Of a stretch of 64,000 nt of DNA, positions 29,544-39,391 are shown in pieces; within the stretch, counting starts at the first letter, position 1; each line of letters starts with the position of its first letter. This DNA is from a virus. The notes under the pieces were generated by a model. The model was not told the origin of the DNA, did no database searches, and worked only from the letters and a program-made list of their open reading frames with translations. Made by a program: the position numbers and the translations under genes. Where the stretch lies: positions 25,971 to 89,970 of the IMG/VR virus record IMGVR_UViG_3300014913_000009, one strand, 5' to 3'.

Positions 29544-30215
29544 ATGGAAATATCTGATCCGAGGATAGCCTTTGACCTCGACAGACGATGGGCATTGCCA
29601 GATACGACACAATGGACAAGGTCTCAATGGTCGCCACATATAATTGCGGCGATCATTGACGCTAAAGAGCAATATCCAACGGTCTTTATGGTGGAAGTCA
29701 CTACCCCAAAAACATATAATCATAATGGAGATGATTTTCTCTTTATTGTTCGCCCATTATCAAGAAGGGAATTCAATATTGTTGGCTCTGTAAATGCCGC
29801 GGGAATGTTCTTCGATAGAGAAGTATTATATCGGCGATCATTATTATGGCCGGATGAAGATTTTCTCGACGACTTACCAGCAGGTGTTATAGAGACTGTA
29901 TATGATACTGTCGAAATGATATCCGGCTGGGGAGATGTTAGGACACTCCAGGAGTTACAAGCAATTTCGCGCGAACAAATAGGTGTGGATAATGATGTGG
30001 GGTCGGTTGAGTCAAAACTCGACATGACGTTAGGAACAGTTTTCAAATCATTGTCGCCGCTTGACATCAAAGATATGGATGCCTATGAAAGTATGCATCT
30101 TATTTCTATGGTGGAAGGAATTCTTTCCGAACAAGGATTTAAGTTTGACCTTTCTTTCGAAGACAGAAAAGCAGAAGAGGAGATAAGACGAAAAAGATTC
30201 GTTGTTAATAGATGA
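29544..30215 (+). CDS. Tail assembly chaperone 2 (paralog)
   Basis: IVRPLSRREF, PAGVIETVYDTVEMISGW parallel chaperone 1; ATGA overlap with next gene. Confidence 0.6.
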   Translation: MEISDPRIAFDLDRRWALPDTTQWTRSQWSPHIIAAIIDAKEQYPTVFMVEVTTPKTYNHNGDDFLFIVRPLSRREFNIVGSVNAAGMFFDREVLYRRSLLWPDEDFLDDLPAGVIETVYDTVEMISGWGDVRTLQELQAISREQIGVDNDVGSVESKLDMTLGTVFKSLSPLDIKDMDAYESMHLISMVEGILSEQGFKFDLSFEDRKAEEEIRRKRFVVNR

Positions 30216-33200
30216 CCGATTATAGAGATGAATCAAGTACTTGGGAATCAACCCTAAAATGGGGAATGATTGGCATTGGTGCCGTTATGGGTGCTCGTGC
30301 TGCTTATCGTTATTCCCCTGCATTTCGTAAAGCCGCAATCGAAACTGCCGCGACTGCAGGTGATTTGTATCGATCGGCTGGAGTCCAAGCCAGAAAATAT
30401 GCATCCAGATGGTCAACAAGCGCAAGTCCCGCAAAACAAGCGAGTGCGTCAGCCCTTGAATACTTTGCTGGCATAAAACAGGGAGGTATGCCGGCAGCAT
30501 CAACAGTCCTCGAATCTGAAATGATTGAGTCCCTATCTCGTATTGATGTAATCCAATATAGCGACGATGCAATCGGCGATCTTAGATCTGCACTTGGCAG
30601 AAAATACGGGCAACCGATAGTAGGAGCGCCTAAAGGATATCGTCATATGACGGTACAAGACATCCTCACCAATGCACAAAAAGCCAAAAAGGGACATTAT
30701 GCAATCGGCGAGGGCGGCAGGATGATGACGGCAAAAGGTTATGAAAACCTTAGGAGCGCCGTACAATCCGGTGCCGTTGACACTGAATGGATATTCAATC
30801 AAGACATATTTCTTCGCGAAATGGATAATGGAAAATTCCTAATAAGAGATGCTCGATTAGTTAATCCTGCAAAAACAGTATCTCAGGCACTTCAAAGATC
30901 GCAAAAATTCCGCATATTGGGTATGAGCCCAGCCGACCCGTTAGTTCCAAGTTCATGGACAACAAAAACTGCATCGGATTTAATGAGTCCAGATATTCCG
31001 ATAAATCTTCGTGGCAGAGGGCCAACAAAAGTTGGTGGTGATTCTGTAATGCAAATTGGGGATAATGTATATAGCGTCCAAGGCAATCAAATGAAACGCG
31101 TAGGCAAAACCGACGCTCGTATATATACTAGCCCGAGATTGGTTAAGGAGCGTGCTGGACAAGCCGGTATGGGCGGTCAGTATTATGGACCAAAAGACAC
31201 CCAAAGAGCAGTTACCGCAAAAGAAAGAATTGCACAAGATCCCAATCGCTACAAAGGACCGATTGGGAAAGTCCGGAAATGGGCCGAATCCGGAAAAGGA
31301 TACAGAGGATTTGGAATCGGCGAAGGATATAATATTGGACCGCAATATAAACATGGGCAATCCATATTCGGTTTCGCCAGAGATTGGATGAATAAACTCC
31401 TCAATTACAAAACGGCAATCAATCTTAAAACGGGAGCAAGGGGCGCAAAAGCATTTGCCGAAGAGAGCGTAATTGACAAGGTTAAGGGTTTCTTCAAAAT
31501 CACTCCGGATAAAATGAAGAAAAATATGTATTGGGCATCCGAAGAAGAACTCGGAAACCTCACCCTCAAACAAATGAAGGATGCCGCGAATCTTCATGCA
31601 AGCACCCACACAACCATAGAGTCCGTCTCAACGCCGACAATGAGACTTCAGGGTAAATATCATACTGAAGTTAGGGATGTCGCTATGACGCCAGGTGAGG
31701 CTGTGGGGGCCTTTGGCAGAAAGTTCACAACATCCGCAACAAGGGTGTTTGAATGGGCAACGGGAATGGGAGTTAAGCCCGGCACCGCAGGACAAACAAT
31801 GCTTAGATTGGTGGCGAAGGGGGTCATCCCGACATGGCTATTGGTTGAAGCATTTAAGTATGGCGATTTTATGTCGGAAGAAATAACAGGCGTAAGTCCA
31901 ATAAAAATGGGGGCTTATGGCTATGCGGGGGCGCAAACTGCAAAGCAGGGAATGCTTAATCTATCCGGATTTTCAACACTTTCAAATGCCGCGGATGAAG
32001 CTACAGGTGGTTTTTGGTCATCGACCGGAGGGACAATATTAAGAACTGCCGGTATTTTTGGAGCAAGTCTGGCAATCGGCGCTCATCCAGCCGCGAGTAA
32101 AGCGACAAAAAAATGGGCTCCAAGATTAGGGCTCGGATTAGCAGCGTTGCAACTTACGGGATCTCCCGGTAAATCGGCATTTGATCAATGGGATGAATAC
32201 ACCGGAAATAAAATGGTGCCGATAAGAAGGGGAAGGGGTTGGCTCACTGGACCACAACCTTACGAAGGTGGAGAAGTTCAATATTATAGGAAGCATGCAG
32301 TAGCACAAATATTGGATGATAGCCAATATGAAAAGTTTGGCGGGAAACAAGCATATTTTGAAGACTTATCTTTATTGCCAACACCTCATAATTGGATGGG
32401 CGCGAAAAGAATATTGGATCCTTATGCATGGGAAAAGCGCACATATTACGATCAGCCGTACCCACTTAACAAAGGAATGTTTTCTGAAGTTCCAATAGCA
32501 GGACCACTCCTTGATCTTACTGCTGGCCGCATTCTTAAGCCAAGAGTAATGATGCATCAACAGGAAATCCAGAGGTGGCTCGATACGCCACAAATTCCGA
32601 GAGACCCCAAAATGACAATGATTGCAGATCAACTCAATATGCAATTACCCGTTACCGGAAGAGCCATTCCTAAATTCGGCGTAGCACAAGAAATCGGAAC
32701 GGCAATAAAGGGTGCAACAGATTTTATTGGTATGCCCGGATTTATGCTGAATGCACTTAAAGAAAAGGCAACAGGAAGTTCCGAATGGTTCCATGATGGC
32801 CCAGTATGGCAAACGCCAGACTATCAGGTATCTCAAGTAAGAAATTTCTTTGAGATGGAATGGGGCGGAATGCTTGGGGGATCAGAATTGTTCCGGCGTA
32901 TGTGGTCAAAAGATTCTCACGAAGTATCATTCGTTAATCCAATCCCCAATACAATGCCGGATTATATGCCCGGAAGTAGATCAATGTATGGAGATACTAA
33001 TTTCATCAATTTCTCCGAAGGTGATCCATTTTCAAAAATAAGAGCTCCTGGTGCTCGCAATCTCCACATGGCACTCAATCCTCATACGAGTAATTTTGAC
33101 AAATGGAGAATGCTCAAAGGGGTCGCCCCATTCTCAAGAGCTGCGAAATCATTCGAAGCGGGAGTTATTGGAGCTGGAGAAAATCAAGTATTCAATGATG

Positions 33201-34321
33201 CACAGCAATCCCAATTCGAAGATGTCCAGAGTCGTATGAATATGTATGATCCTTCGACCGCATGGGCAGGGGAAGAAGGTGGAAGTTCCGGATTCCAATC
33301 ATCATTACCTCATATTCCGTGGGTCAGCACAAAATTTATGGGCGCTCCATCACCAGAGGAACATTATAGAAAAATGGTAAGATATGGTTCTGATTACTGG
33401 GACTGGAAAAATCCTTATGATCAAATGCTGGATCCATACCTATCATACATGAGCACCCAAAACCCGGTATCTGCAGCTGGTAGTGGTGCATTACTAGGAT
33501 CAATCGCCGGATCAAGAGGCGCTGTTGTAGGAGCCGCTTATGGGGCGGTGTCTTCAATCTTTTCTGATGATAGTATTTCCAATAAAGAATCTCGCAGGGA
33601 ATTTACAGAAGATTATTTTGACAAAATGCAATATACCAAATTGCGCATGATGGAAGAACGCGCACTGGATATGAATAGAAGTGACCTTGTCAAAAAAATC
33701 CAAAATATGCAATCAAGCACAATGGTCGGATTGGATTATAGTCTGGACTCGGAAGAATTTGCATTAGCAGCCAAAAAAGCATTGCCATCAAAAGACAGGG
33801 GTTATCTAATGGCGCTTGCAAATTCGGGTATGGATACTTCGGAAATGCCAGAATATATGCATCCGATAATTGACAAGCTTCGTGGTCAGGGTAATCCTAA
33901 AATGAGTTATGCATCCAGAGATAGGATGGTCTCTGATTGGGTTGGAGAGAATGGCGGGATTCCCGGTGGAGAATGGGCTGGATGGGCTCCTGGCGTAGAT
34001 ATGCAAAAACTCAAAGCGGTTTCTGTTGCTGCTGATGGCGATAATATGCATGACTATGGATCTTATGAACCCGATGTAGAAATGGATGCCTATAGTTCTC
34101 CCTACTTAGATGCCATACAAAACTACGGGACAATTAGCAATCCAGACTTGCAAAATATGAGTAGGATGGTGTATAATAATATGGCTCATCTCCGCAAGTT
34201 GGGGATTGACAATGGGGGGGTTATGATTACCCCTTCATTTGGCAGTGGGCGGAGTCAATGGAATATTAATAGAGGGCGCGTAAATAGTGCCCGGCAATGG
34301 CGACAAAGAGGGATTTGGTAA
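30212..34321 (+). CDS. Tape-measure-like protein
   Basis: Follows chaperones; 1369 aa, Ala/Gly-rich, Cys-free, several Gly-rich hydrophobic segments. Confidence 0.7.
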   Translation: MTDYRDESSTWESTLKWGMIGIGAVMGARAAYRYSPAFRKAAIETAATAGDLYRSAGVQARKYASRWSTSASPAKQASASALEYFAGIKQGGMPAASTVLESEMIESLSRIDVIQYSDDAIGDLRSALGRKYGQPIVGAPKGYRHMTVQDILTNAQKAKKGHYAIGEGGRMMTAKGYENLRSAVQSGAVDTEWIFNQDIFLREMDNGKFLIRDARLVNPAKTVSQALQRSQKFRILGMSPADPLVPSSWTTKTASDLMSPDIPINLRGRGPTKVGGDSVMQIGDNVYSVQGNQMKRVGKTDARIYTSPRLVKERAGQAGMGGQYYGPKDTQRAVTAKERIAQDPNRYKGPIGKVRKWAESGKGYRGFGIGEGYNIGPQYKHGQSIFGFARDWMNKLLNYKTAINLKTGARGAKAFAEESVIDKVKGFFKITPDKMKKNMYWASEEELGNLTLKQMKDAANLHASTHTTIESVSTPTMRLQGKYHTEVRDVAMTPGEAVGAFGRKFTTSATRVFEWATGMGVKPGTAGQTMLRLVAKGVIPTWLLVEAFKYGDFMSEEITGVSPIKMGAYGYAGAQTAKQGMLNLSGFSTLSNAADEATGGFWSSTGGTILRTAGIFGASLAIGAHPAASKATKKWAPRLGLGLAALQLTGSPGKSAFDQWDEYTGNKMVPIRRGRGWLTGPQPYEGGEVQYYRKHAVAQILDDSQYEKFGGKQAYFEDLSLLPTPHNWMGAKRILDPYAWEKRTYYDQPYPLNKGMFSEVPIAGPLLDLTAGRILKPRVMMHQQEIQRWLDTPQIPRDPKMTMIADQLNMQLPVTGRAIPKFGVAQEIGTAIKGATDFIGMPGFMLNALKEKATGSSEWFHDGPVWQTPDYQVSQVRNFFEMEWGGMLGGSELFRRMWSKDSHEVSFVNPIPNTMPDYMPGSRSMYGDTNFINFSEGDPFSKIRAPGARNLHMALNPHTSNFDKWRMLKGVAPFSRAAKSFEAGVIGAGENQVFNDAQQSQFEDVQSRMNMYDPSTAWAGEEGGSSGFQSSLPHIPWVSTKFMGAPSPEEHYRKMVRYGSDYWDWKNPYDQMLDPYLSYMSTQNPVSAAGSGALLGSIAGSRGAVVGAAYGAVSSIFSDDSISNKESRREFTEDYFDKMQYTKLRMMEERALDMNRSDLVKKIQNMQSSTMVGLDYSLDSEEFALAAKKALPSKDRGYLMALANSGMDTSEMPEYMHPIIDKLRGQGNPKMSYASRDRMVSDWVGENGGIPGGEWAGWAPGVDMQKLKAVSVAADGDNMHDYGSYEPDVEMDAYSSPYLDAIQNYGTISNPDLQNMSRMVYNNMAHLRKLGIDNGGVMITPSFGSGRSQWNINRGRVNSARQWRQRGIW
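34148..34177 (+). promoter_or_regulatory. Possible sigma70-type promoter upstream of the RNAP-like gene
   Basis: TTGCAA (34148-34153), 18 bp, TATAAT (34172-34177). Confidence 0.3.
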
Positions 34322-37300
34322 ATGCCCAGAAGAAAGAAAAAAGGAATTGTCAAACCATTGTTGGGAGCAGCTGCATTAGGCGGTGCTGGATACGGGTTTT
34401 ATTATAGTCTTAAAAATCCAATCAAAAGTGCTGCGGGAGAAGTAGCCGCAACAAAACCTAGTCAAGCATATTCGGGAAAAGGTCCGATAGATAGAACCCC
34501 TGAATACAAAGGAAAGCCAATAATGATTGGTGAAAATCCAATCCCGCCAGGCGGACTTAATTTACGAACCGAATCAGAATTTGCAAAATTGTCCGCGGAA
34601 CATCTACAAAAAGTCGACGATGCAACACTACGAATGCTAAAGCAAAATACAGGACAATCCAATAGTTATGGTGGCATCTTTTCTGCTGCAGAACAACAAG
34701 GATTGGGAGTAGATATTACCAGGACTGGCGGAACAATCAACGTAGAAATACAAGGACTAAAAGGTCCAACACAAGTAGTGCAACTTCCAGCCCAACCAAG
34801 AGGAGGCGGAAAAGCAACCTTCGGTCTGCGCAGATATAATGCACCAACCTTTATTGTTGGCGAAAGAGGTGCGGAAAGAATAGGGCATGTTCAGGATGCA
34901 ATTGAAGAAAGTATTTTTAATGCAATAAAAGACAAGAAAAATCTTACTCCAACCCAATTCGCCGATGTGATACAAAACGCAAGACAGGAAGTATTTGATA
35001 TATTGCCGGCCAGCACCAATACGGATTATCGCGGATTTGGGCAAACAATCGAAAGTACCAGAATGTCCAATCGTATTGTTGGAACGAGACTTCAAAGGGA
35101 ATTAAGTACACTTGACAAAATCCACGGAACCGGAGTGCAGGCAGAAGCGGCTAGACGCGGATTCAGAGGAATTAAAACACGAGCAGATTTATATGGTGCG
35201 GTTATCTCTGATTATTGGCAGGGAATGTCTGATGACGTATTAAAGAATGTGGGAATATCGACCAATAGAACTTCGCCTGAATTTTACAGACAAGTAATGT
35301 CGATGTATGACAATACTAAAGGTGGAAATATGATTAAGGGGATTGGACATAGATCGGTCATGGGTAAGTCCGCAATTGTTGGAACCCCACTTGACAAAGT
35401 ATTACATGAAGGTGGACGTATTTTAAGAAGTGGAAATCTTGTCAATCCAGAAAGTGGACAAATTGCAAAAACATGGAATGGAATTAAAGATGGAATGATA
35501 TCCAACTTCCCTGCTGGACCAGAGGGAATACGAGCATTAAATACCGGAGCCAATAATAGGCTGATTGGAACAACCAGCCGTGCAGCATTTATCGTTGATC
35601 CGAAAGCAGCGGCAGTACTTGGTTTTGATCCGTTCGAATCCGGCGGATCATTTAGAGTTTCCAAAATGCAAAAAGACGTTCTTACACAAGGTATTCATAC
35701 AAGGTATAATCTTGATGTTCGACCAGGATCTCCAGGTGCTCCAAAAGGAATTGATCTCGCCATAAAAAAACAAAAGATTGTCAGGTCGGGAAACAGAGGG
35801 AAATATGACAAGTGGATTGGCGGGCTTTCGCAGAAGGAACAACGTATTGTTGGCGGATTCGATGATCCTTTGATGACATTTGGTAAAGGACAACTCGTTG
35901 GATCGGGGTCAATTGAATTCATCGAAGATGGGGCGACAAGATCAGTCTCAAGCCGCAATATAAGGACAAGAGGTACTTATGATGTTACAAACATAGGATA
36001 CAATGCCATTGATGATACTCTTTCAATACAAGGGCATATGCGTGCCTCAACGGCGGCATTAACGATAGGAGGAAGTCATGCAAGTATGAATCCGCATACA
36101 TTTTCAGCAAGCAAGCTAGGCGATGCTATGAGCGGAGGGAATGTACATATACTTGGATCGTGGACAGATCTTAAAAAATGGGATCAAATGGGAGTGCTTT
36201 TTGATGACCTTGCAGTACAGATCGAACAAGGGGGAGGAAATGCCGTGAAAGCATTTTCAGACCTCAAAACAATGAATCTAAAAACATACAACCAGACTGT
36301 TAAAAAATTTGGGCTTGAAAGCAAAATAGATTATATATCCAAAAAAGGAGAGATAAGACTCAAGACGACAACAAGAGATGCGAAAGAAATCGCATTAGCT
36401 GCTGGTTATACGGAGGCTCAAGCGGCTGGAATAACAGGGCAAATAGAAATGGCAAATCTTGCATCTAAGGTTACGATTGGAGGAGAGGCATCATTCTATT
36501 CTTCGAAGGGAGTGTGGTCAAATGCATATCAAGAAGGTACATCATTGGCACATAGGCGGCTTGGAAAACTCAATGAAATTCAGAGTGTATTACAAAGAGG
36601 TGATGTCGAAGAAGCCAAGCGAATGATTAGAAATATTGGAGGAGATAAAGGAAAAGATATATTCGCATCCGAAAGAAAAGGATATGGCGAAGCATTTGGC
36701 AAACTTGGACAAAAAAATATAGACGACAGATCAATACTGCTCAATAGAACAAGAGGACTTATTCAAAGTGCAGAAAAAGATATTAATGTTGGACTTAGCA
36801 AAATGAATACTATTTCAAATCTTAAAATGGGATTTGATGAATCTATCATGCTTGGACTTACAGCAAACAAATCATACAAGACATTAAGTAAAATCATACA
36901 AGGAGAAATGGTCAAACAATCAGGTTCTGCTGGCAGAGAATTAAGAGCATACATGGGGCAGATGGGAATGGGGACTCAAGGCAATTGGGGTATCGCCAAT
37001 GTCGGAGCGCTTCAAACAAAAAGCGGGCCATTGACGAGGGTGAAAATTGGAAGTAGCGAACTCAAAGAACTTGGCAGTATTGCAAGAAATTTAGAAAAAC
37101 AATTATCCGATGGCAGTCCAATCACACAAGAAATGTTCGACAGTGTAAATAAAAAATTTAATGATGCTCTTGGAAGGGTTGGTGTTGCTCCAGGAGAATC
37201 AATGGGTGGATTTCTACTTGAAACAAATGGGATGGAATTACCAGTTGCCATTGGAAGTAATCCGGTAAAAGTCGGAGGACAACAAGGGCAAATATATATA

Positions 37301-39391
37301 CCAGGCATTAATGAGGCGGTTCCTCAAAACCAAATGTTCCAACCCGGTGGATATTCAAAAAACAAAATACTTTTAAGAAAACTCAAACTTTATCAGCACC
37401 TTGGCATGTATCCAAATGAAGCAATAGTTGGGAAAAGAGCAATGCCGGGGCTTGCCGAAAATTGGAGATTGGGAACTGGCAAAGCAATGGGGGATTTATA
37501 TGATGAGTTGAATGTAATGTCCACTTCAAAAAAGGGTGGGGGCAGAAGAATAATGGGGCAAGAATGGAGAGCAGAAGCATCAATTTATTCTCAGGCAATT
37601 GGACAAGGACAAATTGATATACAGGATAGAATGATGGCATTAAGCGGATCAGAGAGACAGCGAATACAGGGACTAAAGGGGACGCAGCAAATAGAAGCAC
37701 TTGACGACGCATTAGCAAATACAATATTCATATCCAAAGAGCAGGCAAAACTTATGCCCGATGATATTTATCAAGCCATCAAATCCGGCAAAGGATACGG
37801 AATCACAGGACGATGGCCAATAGTATCTCCTGGTGGCATTGGAGTTACGCGTTTTGCTATCGCTGAAAGTTTGCATGGAAATGTCGCAGGAGTTAGTTCT
37901 GCTGGACTAATGAGATTTGCCGGTGATGTAGATATGGATAAAGTCGCAGCATTTGTTGGTCGATTTGAAGGAAATGCAGAAGCACAAAAAGCATTAGAAG
38001 AAGCATATAGTTATACACTCAAACAGAATCAGATGGTCGGCAAATATATTAATAATCGTATAAACGATATGAATATCGACGATATTTCAAATGAATTTCT
38101 TGCCGATTTACAGAAGTCATATAAAAAAGATTTTGGGACACAGTGGGATGACCTTATAAAAGAAACAGGAAGTGCTGAAGGAGCACTAAGAAAAGCATTA
38201 TCATCGCGCGCTGCTACACAAACAATGACTGGTGGAATTACGAATAAACTTAGACAGCAATTTATGTTTCTTGCGGAAGGTGGAGCAGATGATCTTGTTG
38301 CCCAAACTGCTGCAGATGTTATGGGATTGTCAATAATAGAATCACCTATTATGGCAAGAAAGTCAGGAACAGGATCTCTTGTTGGAGAAGAATTAATACA
38401 AATGATGGAGGCTGGAGATTCCGATGCTCTTGCGAGAAAAATCAGAGATGTTGGAGTTGCCAAAAACCTGACTGGAGAACAATTATCTCAATTAACTGGA
38501 GAGCAATCTGCATATTATCAAAATCTAGCCAAGCAGACAAAAGTTGGTGCAGCACAAGAAGGATTCGCCTGGGGTGAAGTTGCAAGACAAGAAGGTGATG
38601 ACTTTTTGGCAATGGCACAAAAGGGGAGTGGGGCAAAAGTTGGGCAAGGATATCAAGATGTGGCAGAACTTCTTGTTCGGACTAGCAAAGAATCGCAGGA
38701 AATATTCAGAGGATCAGAGAAATTTATCAACAAAGTCAGACTATCCTTGGACACTCTTGATCCAGAAGAATTCCCCGTATTCCTTCAACAAATTGCCAGC
38801 GATGCAGAAAAAACATCCCCTCTACAAAGACAAATGGCTGCGGCGATGATATCTCAAGATGATGAAATGATTAAAGCCCTCTCTGGCTATGAGCAAGGAA
38901 TGACAAAAGTCGTTGATACAATATCACCTTCAATGGACGATATGTTGGAATCCGCGACAAGAGCGGGAGTTGGGAAAGATGCTGAATCAATGCTCAATAA
39001 GATTGCACAAACAAAGGTGGGAGAAGCAATCCAAAAAGCAATCCAAAATCATCCGGGAAAAATGGTTGCTGCTGGAGCAGCCGCAGTTGTCGGGTTGTAT
39101 GCTTTGTCTCATATGTTTGGCTCGTCACCGCCAGCACCACCATCATACGAAGATGGTCAGCCAGGCGGCCGCAGTGGCACTGGCGATAGGCCGGCATATT
39201 TAAGGGGCGACACTCAACAACAAGGGCGTAATTTTGGATATAATACAATTATCGAAGGCAATACAGAAAGCACCCAGCATATAAGGTCATTCGCCCAGAA
39301 GGGACAAATGTCAATCAGGGACAATTCGATGTCCGACATGCAATTTCGGCATGCTATGGGACAAGCATCTACTAGTAAGTTTGGATACTAA
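34322..39391 (+). CDS. Putative virion single-chain two-barrel RNA polymerase-like protein with terminal hydrophobic anchors
   Basis: Ordered beta-like segments (IGTTSRAAF, FESGGSFRVSK, LKMGFDE) then beta'-like segments (KKGGGRRIMG, IFISKEQAKLM, GRWP, FAGDVDMD, TGGITNKL). Confidence 0.72.
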   Translation: MPRRKKKGIVKPLLGAAALGGAGYGFYYSLKNPIKSAAGEVAATKPSQAYSGKGPIDRTPEYKGKPIMIGENPIPPGGLNLRTESEFAKLSAEHLQKVDDATLRMLKQNTGQSNSYGGIFSAAEQQGLGVDITRTGGTINVEIQGLKGPTQVVQLPAQPRGGGKATFGLRRYNAPTFIVGERGAERIGHVQDAIEESIFNAIKDKKNLTPTQFADVIQNARQEVFDILPASTNTDYRGFGQTIESTRMSNRIVGTRLQRELSTLDKIHGTGVQAEAARRGFRGIKTRADLYGAVISDYWQGMSDDVLKNVGISTNRTSPEFYRQVMSMYDNTKGGNMIKGIGHRSVMGKSAIVGTPLDKVLHEGGRILRSGNLVNPESGQIAKTWNGIKDGMISNFPAGPEGIRALNTGANNRLIGTTSRAAFIVDPKAAAVLGFDPFESGGSFRVSKMQKDVLTQGIHTRYNLDVRPGSPGAPKGIDLAIKKQKIVRSGNRGKYDKWIGGLSQKEQRIVGGFDDPLMTFGKGQLVGSGSIEFIEDGATRSVSSRNIRTRGTYDVTNIGYNAIDDTLSIQGHMRASTAALTIGGSHASMNPHTFSASKLGDAMSGGNVHILGSWTDLKKWDQMGVLFDDLAVQIEQGGGNAVKAFSDLKTMNLKTYNQTVKKFGLESKIDYISKKGEIRLKTTTRDAKEIALAAGYTEAQAAGITGQIEMANLASKVTIGGEASFYSSKGVWSNAYQEGTSLAHRRLGKLNEIQSVLQRGDVEEAKRMIRNIGGDKGKDIFASERKGYGEAFGKLGQKNIDDRSILLNRTRGLIQSAEKDINVGLSKMNTISNLKMGFDESIMLGLTANKSYKTLSKIIQGEMVKQSGSAGRELRAYMGQMGMGTQGNWGIANVGALQTKSGPLTRVKIGSSELKELGSIARNLEKQLSDGSPITQEMFDSVNKKFNDALGRVGVAPGESMGGFLLETNGMELPVAIGSNPVKVGGQQGQIYIPGINEAVPQNQMFQPGGYSKNKILLRKLKLYQHLGMYPNEAIVGKRAMPGLAENWRLGTGKAMGDLYDELNVMSTSKKGGGRRIMGQEWRAEASIYSQAIGQGQIDIQDRMMALSGSERQRIQGLKGTQQIEALDDALANTIFISKEQAKLMPDDIYQAIKSGKGYGITGRWPIVSPGGIGVTRFAIAESLHGNVAGVSSAGLMRFAGDVDMDKVAAFVGRFEGNAEAQKALEEAYSYTLKQNQMVGKYINNRINDMNIDDISNEFLADLQKSYKKDFGTQWDDLIKETGSAEGALRKALSSRAATQTMTGGITNKLRQQFMFLAEGGADDLVAQTAADVMGLSIIESPIMARKSGTGSLVGEELIQMMEAGDSDALARKIRDVGVAKNLTGEQLSQLTGEQSAYYQNLAKQTKVGAAQEGFAWGEVARQEGDDFLAMAQKGSGAKVGQGYQDVAELLVRTSKESQEIFRGSEKFINKVRLSLDTLDPEEFPVFLQQIASDAEKTSPLQRQMAAAMISQDDEMIKALSGYEQGMTKVVDTISPSMDDMLESATRAGVGKDAESMLNKIAQTKVGEAIQKAIQNHPGKMVAAGAAAVVGLYALSHMFGSSPPAPPSYEDGQPGGRSGTGDRPAYLRGDTQQQGRNFGYNTIIEGNTESTQHIRSFAQKGQMSIRDNSMSDMQFRHAMGQASTSKFGY

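Noticed and set aside
30061-30089. TTGACA-17-TATGAA upstream of the tape measure gene
   Set aside because: Lacks the conserved final T of the -10 element; likely chance in AT-rich DNA
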